Positions 48,300 to 61,225 of a stretch of 64,000 nucleotides of DNA are shown one piece after another. The notes under the pieces were generated by a model that was not told the DNA's origin, searched no databases, and saw only the letters and a list, made by a program, of their open reading frames with translations. Origin of the DNA: Callorhinchus milii (lineage: Eukaryota); the NCBI RefSeq assembly GCF_018977255.1, contig NW_024704743.1:108378001-108442000 (forward strand), given 5' to 3'. The position numbers and the translations under genes are program-made. Positions within the stretch are counted from its first letter, which is position 1; every line of letters begins with the position of its first letter.

Positions 48300-48597
48300 A
48301 TCAGTTTATCTGGAGGATTGTTGGTCAGGCAGGGATGAGAGAAGTTCCCTCCTCCTTTAAAATAGTGAAATGGGATCTTTAATGTCCACCTGAACAGGGA
48401 GACTTGGTTTTAAAATCATGACTGTTTGTGGGACAACACTGTGCACAAATCAGTTGCTGCATTCATCTAGAAATACATCGTACTACATTTCACAGAAATG
48501 CAGTTACTTAGGGACGTTTCAACCAAAACTTGTGTGATGTGCTTCAGGACGCTTCAACATGATAGGGCATGATAATAAATGCAAAGATTATTACTAT
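48300..48597 (+). mobile_element. DeuSINE-type SINE with inverted 5' segment
   Basis: 48300-48412 is the antisense Deu core and 48415-48597 is the sense 3' end. Confidence 0.7.
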
Positions 48598-48609
48598 AAG
48601 GAAGTTATA

Positions 48610-48998
48610 GAGAAGATTGACAGGAGACCTGGCAGAGATTTTTTAAATGATGAGAAATTTTAATAATCTCAATAGGAAGAAATTATTCCCACTGATCTGC
48701 GAGTAGCAACTAAAGAGCATAGATTTAAGGTAATTATCAAAATTGCAACGAGAGAGATTAGGAGAATTATATTTTACACACAGAGGGTTGTGAGGAGGAC
48801 AGGGAATGGCCAATCTAGAATGGTGGTGGAGGCAGAATCTCTATTACTTTTCAAGAGGGAATAGGTAGCTATCTGAAGAGGAGAAATACAAGAAAGGGTA
48901 AGGAGGTATGGCAGGATAATGGAACTAAACAAAACGAAAACAGAGACAGCACAGGTACGATGAACCAAATGGACTGCTGTGCTGTAGATTTCTGTAAT
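48610..48998 (+). mobile_element. Degenerate CR1 3' fragment
   Basis: Colinear with the CR1 copy at 56090-56480. Confidence 0.75.
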
Positions 48999-49779
48999 GA
49001 AAAATATAATCCTTACATTTGCTACAGCGCCTTATCACATCGCCAAAATGTTTCAAAGTCTTCACAGGATTTTCTGTAAAGTGTAGTGATGTATTTCATA
49101 GGTGAACGCATATGGTTTTATGGCTTTATTTCTACACCATTGGTCTGAGGAATCGTTGCATGAATGTGTTTCAGGGTGATTTGTTCAGCTGTGTTTTGCT
49201 GGTTGTTGTTTCTTTCAAATGATTCCGAATCTGGTTTTGAAGATACACATCAGAGAGAAGGCTGGTTTTGTATGATGTACAGATGAATTTCATGCATCTA
49301 TTTTGTGAGACGGATTTCAATTAAAGTCGGCATTAATAATTCTGTTTCTGATCTAATCTTCAGTCTGATGATCAGCCCCAGCAACAGTCATGTGATCTTG
49401 CTCGACTGCCCCCATTTCACCATTTCCCTAATGACAATATCGTGCAGAGGGAGACAAAGCCCTCTTTCTGTCGTGTCTTAGCAGCTGAGCATAATTTTAG
49501 CCTCTCTGGGGGATGAGGATGGCGATGGTGGGAGGGAGGGTGGAGAAAGAGGTGGGAACACATCGAAAGGCACTACCTGAGTGATCCAAACACTAGAAAC
49601 ACAAAAGTCAAATTTAAGGCATTTAATAATAAATAATAATCCTTGCATTTGTGCCTCTATTAAGTATCAGCTTGGTTCAGTTGTTAGCACTCTCACCTCC
49701 AAATCAGAAGGTTATGGTTTCAAGCCCCTTGTTGGGAGGTTGAACTCAAAGTTAGGGCTGTGGGTGATCTGTCATGAAA

Positions 49780-49989
49780 TATCACATAGAAGATACAGTT
49801 CAAGATCCCGGGCCTCACCTTCAAAGCCCTCCATGGCATTGCTCCCCCCTACCTCTGCGACCTCCTAACCCTACCTTCCTGCCCGCTCCCTCTGCTCAGT
49901 GGGCTCTGACCTGCTTCACATCAGTCTCCAGTACCTGGGGACATCCTCCCGACGTGAAAGGCGCTAAACAAATGTAGTTTTGTTGTTGT
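49780..49989 (+). mobile_element. L2 3' fragment, internally deleted
   Basis: cagttcaagatccc...gggacatcctcccgacgtgaaaggcgctaaacaaatgtagttttgttgttg. Confidence 0.85.
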
Positions 49990-51631
49990 ATTTGAACTGC
50001 TTCTAGTAGTTAGCCATTCTCCTGACTTTAGAATGATAAAACCTGCCACTCTCAACAATAGGGAGGACAGAAATCTCTGGGCTTTTGAGTTCAGGCTTCA
50101 GCCCATATCCTGTAGAGCAGCCTTCACAAGCTGCCTCCAAGCAGATACTGTTTTGAAATTCATAAATGATTGCCCCATACAAAAGTGGCAGGCAAAATTT
50201 TTGCAAACCAATGTCTCCGGTGTTCAGATCTTAAAGCAGTCAAATAATTATCGACCAACATCCCACTATGTCACAACCTCCCCAGGAGTATATTAGAATG
50301 TCAGCCTAGACTGTGTTCAAAGTCCTGCCATGGGGCTTAAACCCACAACCTTCTGACCGTGAAGCAAGAGTGCTACCAACCAAGTCAGACTGACATTTGA
50401 TTGAAATGGAAGGTGAGGTAGAAAATGTATCACAGAATAGGAGATCCTCGGATTCTCTTCCAACCATTCAGTACATGTTTGGGGTTGTAATTGCCTCCTG
50501 GTTATGAAGGTAATTACTTATTTACCTGAATTATCAGGACTGTAGTGAACTGGAGCATTTAATAATTTAAGGTAATAACTTTATTTAGTATTAGCTTCCA
50601 ATATGTGCAAGTTTTTCAGGAGATAGCATGCAGTCAGCATAGAACAAAATTAATCGGAGGAATGCTCAACTCCTTCACTGCCCTCAGTGCTGACAGCAAC
50701 ATTAAAATAAGTGCACACTCCCACCCCAGAAATCTTTTAATGAAAAAGTTATACTGTCACAGTCTGTCGCTGTCACAGATCAATGAGATTGGCATCTTTG
50801 GACATGTTACCTAGTTGTTCATTTATAGAGGTCTCTATTCAAATATTGAACATCTGCTCTCAATATCACTTGCAAATTTGAGATTTTTTTGACAAGAACA
50901 GCTACTAATGTAGGAGTCTGCCGCACCACCGGCATTTTCAAGCAGGTTGCTGAATTGTGTATTATTTTAAATGTATCTTTCAGGAAGTAAAATGGGGTCA
51001 AAAGATAGTGCTGGAGTAGACACTACAGAATTAGGTTGCTCAGCTGTCCTAGATCAGTCCCTGTCACATCTTGGTTCTTCTGACACATCATAGTGCCAAG
51101 TTCAAACAGTTCTGCTGATGTTTCAAATTTTATGATTAATTTTAAGACTCTGCTCGTTCCTTTTTCATCTGATATGAAATGACAGCCAATGCCGTTGTTA
51201 GGTACAAAAGTTGCCTGGTTACAGGAATTTTTGTTCCGAAGAAAGTTAACTTTCGAAACAGTGTACTTTTTGGCTGAGTTGGATGGTGGGCTGGATGGCC
51301 CAATGGTCTACTTCTACCTGAAACTGTTACTGTCCCACTACTCAGAGTGAATTACATTAGAGTGAGATGAAGGCAGGCCATTCGGCTCAACTGCGGATGT
51401 AAATAAAACTTTTTTGAATTCAGTCAAATGCTTTGGATTGATGAACTTTTTGGTTTATGTCCAACTTGGTCTTGACTATTCATGTATTCCGTATAATATC
51501 TTAACTGCTGTTGGAACGTATTACAGGATTTAGAGACGAAAGGAATAGAAATGGTAGAAACAAAAAGACTTGAAAATATTCCATACAAATTACATTGGGG
51601 CAAAATCTAATACAACAACAACTTAAAAAAC

Positions 51632-51930
51632 TTTAGGCAAGTTTCCTTACTCCACAAACATCTCTGTTTAACTAGTAGTATGTAGGAACCTAGTTGTTAG
51701 TTAATGGTGGATTGCCTTCCCGGGGGTAATAGCCCTTCCTCGAAAAAAAAAAATAATTTGGTCACTCAATCCATGACTGTTTGAGGGACACTGCTATGTG
51801 CAATTGGCTGCCCTGTTTCACTGACAAAATACACAGTCAATTCACTTTACAGTATAATCTGTGAAGCGCTTGGAGACATTTAGAATATGTGATAAGGTAT
51901 TATATGGAATGCAGGGATTATTATTATTAA
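51632..51930 (+). mobile_element. tRNA-Ala SINE, headless
   Basis: ttaggcaagtttccttactccac...tail. Confidence 0.85.
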
Positions 51931-52065
51931 TATTATTCAGGAAAGTGCAAGGCAAAGAATATGTATAATCACATTGAATCTACAGCACTGAAATGGACAA
52001 TTCAGCCCAACTACTCCATGCCAGTATTTATATTCCACATGAACCTCCACCCATCATAAACACCT

Positions 52066-52692
52066 TTATCACCTCAAGGCTGGACTATGGGAACTCTCTC
52101 CTCGCCGGCCTTCCCGGCACCTCCCTCCACAAGCTGCAGGTCATTCAGAACTCTGCAGCTCGTGTAGTGTCCCGCACCAGGCTTCACGACCACATCACTC
52201 CCACCCTCGCTCGCCTCCACTAGCTCCCCATTCCCCAGAGGACCGAATTCAAGATCCTCATCCTCACCTACAAGGTCATTCATGGCCTTGCTCCCTCCTA
52301 CCTCTCTGACCTACTATCCCCCTACGGACCTGCCCGTACCCTCCGTTTCTCTGGCTCCGGTCTGCTCCACATCCCCCGCCCCAACCGCCCTACCATCGGT
52401 GGCCGGGCCTTCAGCCTCTCAGCCCCTAGGCTCTGGAACTCCATCCCCCAGTGCCTTCGCCTTGCTTCCTCCCTTTCCTCCTTCAAGGCCGGTCTCAAGA
52501 CCTTTCTCTTTGACCGTGTCTTCAACTCCCCTCTCGACTCTCTACCCCCTCCTCACTCCCTCCCTTCCCTCCCCTCACCCTGACCATTTCCCCCCTGCTC
52601 GGGTCCTGACCCAACTGTACAGTGCCTTAGGACATCCTCCCAAAGTGAAAGGCACTCTATAAATGGAATCTTGTTGTTGATTTTGTTGTTGT
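52066..52692 (+). mobile_element. Young 5'-truncated L2 with a 26-bp flanking direct repeat
   Basis: FITSRLDYGNSLLAGLPGTSLHKLQVIQNSAAR. tgaacctccacccatcataaacacct occurs at 52040-52065 and 52693-52718. Confidence 0.95.
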
Positions 52693-53218
52693 TGAACCTC
52701 CACCCATCATAAACACCTCTCCCTCACTTCCCCCACCATTCTATTCCTTTCCTTTTCACATGCACATCAAAAACATGCAAAATATCCTGGAATATAAGTT
52801 GGATGAGTGAATAGTGTGGAAGAGAACAATTGATTCAGAGTTGATCCCTAATGTATAGTTAAGAGTTACAGACGTACAGCAAAGCTTGTTATTTTGATGC
52901 ACAATGGTTTTAATGTAGACAGTTGGAAGTTAGTTCCCTAAAGCAGAGGTAAATATATCTGATGGGTTTAGATTGTTTTCAGAAAGTTTACTTCAGCTCC
53001 CCATTGTGCATGTTGATAGCTTTATTTCCTTCCACATGGGAAAGCTGTCTTTGAATATTTATTTGCAAAGCTTTCTTGCTGAATTTAGATTTTTTTTCCT
53101 TTCTGCTTCTGTATTAACATATTTTTTGATAGTGAATCTATGGGTTCACAATTATAACAGTACAGTAGAGAGGTAATGAACGGAATTCGGAGAGTACTTG
53201 TACGCGTCTTTTTTTGGG

Positions 53219-53590
53219 TGGAGTCCTGTAGCGTATTGGTTAGGGCACTCGCCTCACAAGTGAGAGGAGCTGGGTTTGATTCCTGGGCAGGGCGAAACCT
53301 TAGGCAGGTTTCCTTACTCCACACACCTCTGTTTACCTAGCAGTAAGTAGGAATCTGGGTTATTAGTCGATTGGCGGATCACGTTTCTGGGGGTAATAAT
53401 CGCTTCTTACAAAAAAATCCATGACTGTTTGTGGGGCACTGCTGTGCTCAATTGGCTCCCCTGTTTTGCCCACAAAACATAGTCAATCCGCTTTACAATA
53501 TATTCTGTGAAGCGCTTTGAGACATCTCAAAGACGTGATAAGGCGCCATATCAAATGCAAGGATTATTTATTATTTATTTATTTATTTTT
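53219..53590 (+). mobile_element. tRNA-Ala SINE, full length
   Basis: ggagtcctgtagcgtattggttagggcactcgcc...tail plus (TTTA)n. Confidence 0.9.
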
Positions 53591-54203
53591 TGCTGTGAGA
53601 TATGCATGAATGTTTTTTTCAGGCACCTAAAGAATGTGTCAGTGACATCAAAACAGTAACAGCTGGTTTAACTGAGTACTTCAAACCCAGTGTAACTTTA
53701 CCAGGCAAGTTAAGACCCTTTTGTCCCCTCCAGGAGAAGTGTACTTTTACAGTTACTTCATCCTCGCTTACTTGCTTACTATTAGTAAGTTGTGTCTGTG
53801 CTGTTCTTAGAAAGCTCTTAAATGGTTTTCTTCTGTGTGTAAATGTTCATGGTTGTAGTTTCTTCTAAGATGGACTAAACTTGTCTCTTTTGGCAGAATT
53901 CACAATGGGTGCAAGCTCCTTTAAGTGCTTTCTCCAACAAATTGCTTGCAGATCATAATAACACATTGATATTTAAACCCTGATGGGTTTAAACTGAACT
54001 TCAGTGTGAAGTACAAATTTCCAGAACTATGTTGTGTGGAGAGTGACCACACTAATGATCTAACATTGTTCTAAATCACAACCTTAGAAACACAGAAGTA
54101 AAATGCACAACATTTTATAACTATTGCCCGTGATAGTTAACAAAGAGTATTTGGGATTTTTTCCAGGATGTTTGGTGTGAGTATGATTATAGTTAAACAA
54201 TTG

Positions 54204-55396
54204 TGGAGTCCTGTAGCTCAGTGGGTAGAGCAAGTTTCCTTACTCTACATGGCTCTGTTTACCTAGAAGTAAGTAGGAACCCGGTTGTTCTTTCCTACAA
54301 ATTTCCTACAGATGAGTGTGAACAAGACTGAGGCCCTCCTGATTGGCTCGGCCAGTGCCTCTGCATCTCAGGCTCTGGCAGCATCAACCTCCATGGTTGC
54401 ACACTTCAACTCACCAAGCCAGTCAGGAACCTTGGTGTCTTGTTCGACCCTCAACTGTCTTTTTTTCCCCACATCCAAGCCATGACCCGCTCTGCCTTTC
54501 TTCACCTCCGTAACATCGCCCAACTACGCCACTACCTCTCCCCTCAGGCCGCTGAAGCTCTTGTTCATGCCTTCATCACTTCCAGGCTCGACAATGCAAA
54601 CGCCCTGCTTGTCGGCCTTCCCAACTCCTCCCTCCACAGGCTGCAGATAATCCAGAACTCTGCAGCCGGTGTCCTCTCCCGCACCAAACTCTGTGACATT
54701 ATCTTCCCCATTCTCTCCCGACTGCACTGGCTCCCTATCCTGCAGAGGATCCAGTTCAAGATCCTGGTCCTCACCTACAAAGCCCTCCATGGCCTCGTCC
54801 CACCCTACCTCTGTGACCTCCTAACCCCCTACCAACCTGCCCACTCCCTCTGCTCAGCCGGCTCCGGCCTGCTCCACGTCCCCCGACCCACCCACCCCAC
54901 CATTGGCGGGAGAGCCTTCAGCCACTCTGCCCTCAACCTCTGGAATTCCATCCCCCAATCAGTCCGCCTCTTCCCCTCCTTAGCCTCCTTCAAGTCCCAC
55001 CTCAAAATCCTCCTCTTCGACCATACCATCGGCCACCCCCTCTCCCTTTTCCCGCCCTGACCCCAGCTCGGGTCTGAAATGCTGTACACTGTCCAACGCC
55101 TAGGGACATTCTCCCAACGTGAAAGGCTCTATACAAATGGAATCTTGTTGTTGTTGTTATTGGCAGATTGTTTTTCCGGGGAGAATAATTCCTTCAAAAA
55201 AATAATAATAATGATACATTGGTCACTTCAACCGATGAATGTTTGTGGAAAACTGCTCTGCGTAATTGACTGCCGCGTTTCGCCCACAAAATATACAGTC
55301 AATTCACTTTACAGTATATTCTTTGAAGTGTTTTGAGACGTCTCGAAGACTTGATATGGCGCTTTATCAAATGCAAGGATTATTGTTATTATTATT
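54204..55396 (+). mobile_element. tRNA-Ala SINE (54204-54289 and 55159-55396) interrupted by an L2 (about 54290-55158)
   Basis: The SINE halves are nearly contiguous in the consensus. The L2 ORF reads FDPQLSFFPHIQAMTRSAFLHLRNIAQLR...LHWLPI and ends in a (TTG)n tail. Confidence 0.9.
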
Positions 55397-55536
55397 TCCA
55401 TAAATTACTACCCCTTTGAGGACAAAGCTGCAGGTACACCCTGCAGTATTGTCTATATTATTATTATAATTATTATTGTCTGTAGGAGTCTAGCAACCCA
55501 GCAGAAGAACTGATAAATCAAGCTACATAACTCTCC

Positions 55537-56485
55537 TTTTGATCTAAATAAATGACCTGGAGTTGGGTATAGGGAGGACAATTTCCAAGTTTGCAGATGA
55601 TACTAAGCTAGGAAAAGTAGTAAACGGTGAGGAGGATAGCAGCAGACTGCAAGAGGACATAGCTATAATGGTAAAATGGGAAGACACGTGGCAGATGAAG
55701 TTTAATGTGGAGAATTGTGAAGTGATGCGTTTTGGAGGAAGAATAAGGAGAGGTAATATAAGCTAGATGGTACAGTCTTAGAAGGGGTGAAGGAACAGAG
55801 AGACCTGGCGGTTCATATAAATAAATCTTTCAAAATGGCAGGACAGGTTAAAAGCTGTTAAAAATGCATACGGGATACTCGGTTTTATAAATAGGGGCAT
55901 AGAATACAAAAGTCAGGAAGTTATGAATGAACCTTTATAAAACACTGGTCAGGCCTCAGCTAGAATACTGTGTTCAGTTCTTGGCAACACAATTTAGGAA
56001 GTCCCTCATTCCTGGTTCCGGTACCAGGAACGAGGGACTTCAGTTATCAGGAGAGGCTAGAGAAGCGAGGATTATTCTCCTTGGAGCAGAGAAGGTTAAG
56101 AGGAGACTTAATAGAAGTTTTCAAAATTATGAGGGGAGTCCATAGGGTGAACAAGGAGAAACTATTTCCACTGGCAGTCGGGATGGTAACCCGAGGACAT
56201 CGATTTAAAATAGTTGTTAAAAGAAACAGAGGGGAGGTGAGGAGAAATTTTTTCACACAGCGAGTTGTTCGGATCTAGAATGCATTACCTGAAAGCGTGG
56301 TGGAAACCGATTCAATAACAACTTTTAAGAGAGAAGCAGATAATTATTCGGGGAGGACAAATTTGCAGGGCTCTGGGGAGTAGTGGGGTAGTGAGATTGA
56401 TTTGGATAGATCTTTTCAAAGAGCCAGCACAGACATGGTAGACTGAATGGCCTCTTTCTGTGCTGTATAATTCTATGAATCTATG
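55537..56485 (+). mobile_element. CR1 LINE 3' part
   Basis: ISKFADDTKLG...WQMKFNVENCEVM, LYKTLVRPQLEYCVQF, SLEQRRLRGDLIEVFKIM. Tail ttctatgaatctatg. Confidence 0.95.
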
Positions 56486-56489
56486 TATG

Positions 56490-56862
56490 TGGAGTCCTGT
56501 AGCTTAGTGGTTAGAGCACTCGCCTTGCAAGCAAGAGACCTGGGTTTGATTCCCAGCAGGGCAAAATGTTGGGCACGTTTCTTTACTCCACAAGCCTTTG
56601 CTTACCTACCAGTAAGTAGGAACCCGGTTGCTAGTCGATTGGTGGATCGCTTTTCCGGGAGTAATAATTCTTTAAAAAAAAATTTGCTTACTTCAATCCA
56701 TGACTGTTTGTGGGACACTGCTGTGTGCAATTGGCTACCGCATTTTGGCCACAAAATATACAGTCAATTCACTTTACAATATATTCTATGAAGCGCTTTG
56801 AGATATCTTGAAGATGTGATAAGGTGCTATATCAAATGCAAAGATTATTATTATTATTATTA
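56490..56862 (+). mobile_element. tRNA-Ala SINE, full length, directly after the CR1 tail
   Basis: ggagtcctgtagcttagtggttagagcactcgccttgcaagcaagagacctgggtttgattccc. Confidence 0.92.
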
Positions 56863-57675
56863 TGTGCCAACTTGACACCAGTACACTATAACACAGGCAT
56901 TTGAGGCTTCAAATCAATCATTGTCTTAGTCTTAACAACCCTTAAAATTTAAGATCATGCAGATGTTTTGAAAATTGTTAAATTCAATCTTGATTTCAAA
57001 GCCTGGTTTTCACAGTTCCCTTTGGTGTGACTGCGGTGTATGGAGATGTAGAACTTATCAGTGACCTGGAAGTCTAAATGATAGGATGATAGCTCAGCTT
57101 CTCAGGTGCAACTTTTGAGAGGGTTGGAGTTCGGTGTGGGAAGAGAGGGAAGACATCTGCCTCCAGGCCAACAAGAAATCCAATTGATGTGCTGAGTTAA
57201 CACAACACAAATCTCCAAAATTTACTCCAATATTTCCAACCAAGAAGAGTTATCTACTTGGGTGAGTATTCTGAAAAGATTAAATCGATGGGTCGGAGGG
57301 CCTTCTTCATTCGAAACTCTCTAGTTGGGATGAAGACCTCACTCTTCACTCTTGGGATGAGGAGTGACCTCCCTTCAGGGCCCTTGATCTCATCTTTCTA
57401 GATCTTGTAATCTTTTGATAAGTCTGGCCAGGCCTTGTTTGTACACATTCACTCTTCCCCAATTGATAACACAGGACAGGCACAGATAGGTACAGATATT
57501 TCTGAAGGTTAATACCAGATGGTGCTGTTCTAGGAGTGTATCATTTTAAAGCAGTTGTTGAATGACAATTTGTAGAAATATATGTGATAAAAACAAGAAT
57601 TAAAAATATCATACCTCAGGACAATTGGTTTCAGGCTATATGTTGAAAAATTAAAACGATTAGACTATGAGGAGT

Positions 57676-57957
57676 GCAACGTTAAACCGAGGCCCAATCT
57701 GCCTGATCAGGTGGATGTTAAAGATCCCATGGCACCATTTTAAAAAGAGAATAGAGTTTGTCACAGTGTCCTGGCCAACAATCCCCCAAATAAGACTGGT
57801 CACTCACTCTATTGCTGTTTGTAGGACATTTCTGTACACAAATTGGCTGCTGCATTCACCCACAAGTCACTACACTGCACAGTATATTCTATGAAGTGCT
57901 TTGAGATGTCTTTGTGACGCAAAAGGCGCTATATCAAATGTTATTATTATTATTATT
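57676..57957 (+). mobile_element. DeuSINE-type SINE, headless
   Basis: acgttaaaccgaggcccaatctgcctgatcaggtggatgttaaagatcccatggca. Confidence 0.85.
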
Positions 57958-58459
57958 CCAGGAGTATCTATGACAAGAGACACTTCGACCCATTTGATCT
58001 CATCCTTAAGAATCCCATGCCATCACTAACCTTCCTTTATTCCCTTTCCCTTTGCTCAGCTCCACCATTGAAGTTTTCAATTTCAGAAAATATTTTCCTA
58101 GCGTTTTTTTTGTTATCTGCTGCGACCAAAACAGATGTATTGCTGTCTTGTGGTGCTTGAATGCTCTTCTCTTCTTTACCCTGTGTCAAGAAACAAAATC
58201 GTAACAATTTCAAATCTACAGCTGTGTCACATATTTCAAGCCACGGTCTAAACCAGTTAACAGTAAATACTCCTTGTACAGTCTATTAAACGTGAACAAT
58301 TTGCTCATCCCTGTGGGCAGAAAGTGAGAGTTAGAGCAGCAATACTGCCTTGTGTTCTTTTATGAGAACCTCTTAACTCTGTTACCTTTGTCAGTTATCC
58401 ATCACTATTCTCGTTCTCTGCCTCCCTTTACTGCTGGTACTATCTCCCATTCATGAGCA

Positions 58460-58688
58460 TAGCAGTAAGTAGGAATCCAATTGTTAGTTGATTGGTGGAT
58501 CGCTTTTCCAGTGATAATAATCCCTTCCAAAAAAAAATAAAAAAACAACTGTCTGCGGGACACTGCTGTGTATAACTGGCTGCCGCGTTTTGCCCATTAC
58601 ACCTGACAGTATATTCTGTGAAGCGCTTTGAGACGTCTCAAAAACATGATAAGGCACTATAGCAAATGCAAAGATTATTATTATTATT
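58460..58688 (+). mobile_element. tRNA-Ala SINE, headless
   Basis: tagcagtaagtaggaatcc...tail. Confidence 0.85.
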
Positions 58689-59764
58689 GTACATCCAATA
58701 CTGGAAGCAAGTCCTAGCACATGGGGGGACGAAAATGCGACGTGCAAATCATTAAAAATTGCAGTACTGCCAGTCAATAACTGAAGCCTGTCCATGTGTG
58801 TGAACCCCCCACCCCCATTCCAGCACTAGTCTGTGAACATAACACCCCATCCTCGCTTGGCTCCACTGGCTCTCCATGCCAAATGACCCTCTTCAGCTCC
58901 CCCCATTTCTCCCACTTGAGTGCCAAGTGCAAAATGCTTAGAGGCGTCCTCCCAGCATGAAAGGCGCTATATAAATGTAACTTGTACTGGATTTTGGCAC
59001 AATGGCTGGGCTCCAAGTCACTGGAGGCATTCGATTTGTTGCCTGCAAAGCACATCTTTCAGATAGTTGGCCTAACTCAACGTGAGTCAGGTTCGTACCC
59101 TGTGACGTAGCTGTCAAGTGCTGTACTCCATGGTGGCAGCTCCCAAGACGGGTTCCAGCAGCTTTAAGCCTAACTGCGGTGATGGAAGTGGAGAAGGGGC
59201 TGGGCTGAGTGGTCAAATTGCCAGTTTTTAGTTTATTCAACTGGTTCGACTGGACCTCACCTCCAACATTTCAGCATCCCCCCAGCACTGCAGAGTCAAT
59301 CTAGATGAAAATGGACTAATTTGTTTTGCAAGCTTATACCTCAGACACGTGGATGCTGCGATGGGTATTAATATTACAGTAAATAATAATAATATGATAA
59401 TTGTCACTTGCAGATTGTGATTTGTATCCCACAAATTCTATGTGGATTGTACAGCCATTCGTTTACTCTCTCGTGTGAATGGTTATGGCGCCACTAGTTC
59501 CCAGACCTTCGGCAGCTCCAGGGAATTAATAGGTATTGTTACATCATATGAATACAAATTTTTACTAAAATGTAAAACTCCAGAATTTTATTATAACATT
59601 CCCATTTTAGTCCTTCCTCCAATGATCTACCCTTGGGAAATTGTTGATGACATTGTTCTAATTCATTTTGTAAACTTTTAGCTCTGTCACTGATGCTGCA
59701 TTGGATATTAATATTACAGTAAATAATAATATTCGTTGCATTTAATGTAGTGCCATATGCATAC

Positions 59765-60222
59765 CAGCCTGCCTTGGTAGCACTCTCACCTTTGAGTCAA
59801 TAGGTTGTGGGTTCAAGTGGCGGGACTTTAAGATCATGTTATTTAGGTTTGTACTGCCTTGCAGTGCTGGGGGAGCACCGCATGGCAATATCAGTCACTG
59901 TTGGAGGTATAGTCCTTCATACGAGGCACTAAACTTAGCACCTGTCTGCTTGTTCAGGTGGATGTTAAATATCCTATGGCATTATTGAAAAGAGAAGGAA
60001 ATTTCTCCCAATGTACTGGATAACAATCCCTGGATAACATTGGTCATTCATTTCATAGCTGTTTGTGGGACATTGTTGTGTGGAAATTGACTGCCGCATT
60101 CGCCTACAAATGCACGGACACTACGTCTCTCAGTAAAATCCTGTGAAGTGTTTTGAGATGTATTGACGATGTGATAAGGTACTATGTCAAATACAGGGAT
60201 TATTGTTGTTATTGTTATTATT
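59765..60222 (+). mobile_element. DeuSINE-type SINE, full length
   Basis: Head, Deu core and tail are all present. Confidence 0.85.
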
Positions 60223-61158
60223 TTGTATCAGATTTAGAGACAATCTAGAGCCATAGTAACTTTAATTGACAAATTACTAGTTCCACATTAGAGTGACTGA
60301 ATATTAATTTTTCATATTAATCAAGTAGACTAGTGGAAAATACACATTACCAATTTGATCTAAATAGGCTTATTGATACAGAACCAGTCAGACAAAGAAC
60401 ATTTTATCAGCTGTCATCCAACAGCTAATATACAAAGTCAATGATCTCTTCTCCTTTTGCTAAGCTTTGTAAATCCATAATATTATTTATTGTACAGTAT
60501 CTTGTCTTTCTCTGCTTATAGATTACTCAATATTACCTTACAAACTGTGGCAGTTTAGCAAATGCAAAGTGCCTACAACATCAATGGCTTTGAGAAAAAA
60601 TAATTTCAAAAACCCAGGCCTATAAACAAAGGTATTGACTACACGTTAATGCATGCCTAGTTAAATACGATTTATTGATGTATGAGTGCTCATATGTACA
60701 GGTATTAAAGGCTAAAATATTGTCCAGATGGATTAAGTGTTTTGAGCTGCCAAATACTGCAAGTGACCTGCACATCCTGATTAATACACTTTGAGTTGAT
60801 ATGATTTTACTGGCCACAAATAAACACCCCATAAGGCTGGAGAGACAATATCTACTGCAGCAGGCAAAGAGTGACCCTATAAATATGCCAGTGGGTCAAT
60901 ACAGCTGATTTCATTCTCCCCTCACAAGACATCTGATGAGGTCTGACAGGGCATTGCCACTTCATTAATGTTTCACAATGGAGTTGCTGGCCTGAAGGGC
61001 AGACAAACCTCCTGCAGTAGGCTGGAGGCCTGGCTGCAGCTGTCAGCATAACATTGGGTGAAGGAATAGAGAGAACAATAACAGAAGGATGAAAATATCA
61101 TATGCCTCTGCTGCTATTGCTAACTGCACAATTTTCTTATCGCAGCTCTCTCGCAGGA

Positions 61159-61225
61159 CAACAACAACAACAAAATTACATTTATATAGCGCCTTTCACG
61201 TCGGGAGGACGTCCCAAGGTGCTGA
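61159..61225 (-). mobile_element. L2 tail-only insertion
   Basis: caacaacaacaacaaaattacatttatatagcgcctttcacgtcgggaggacgtcccaagg. Confidence 0.85.

Noticed and set aside
53972..53993. Short hairpin tttaaaccc-tgat-gggtttaaa
   Set aside because: A 9-bp stem is expected by chance in 64 kb of AT-rich DNA.
56490..56560. tRNA-Ala genes
   Set aside because: They are SINE heads: no proper acceptor stem, a degenerate B box, and continuation into the SINE body.
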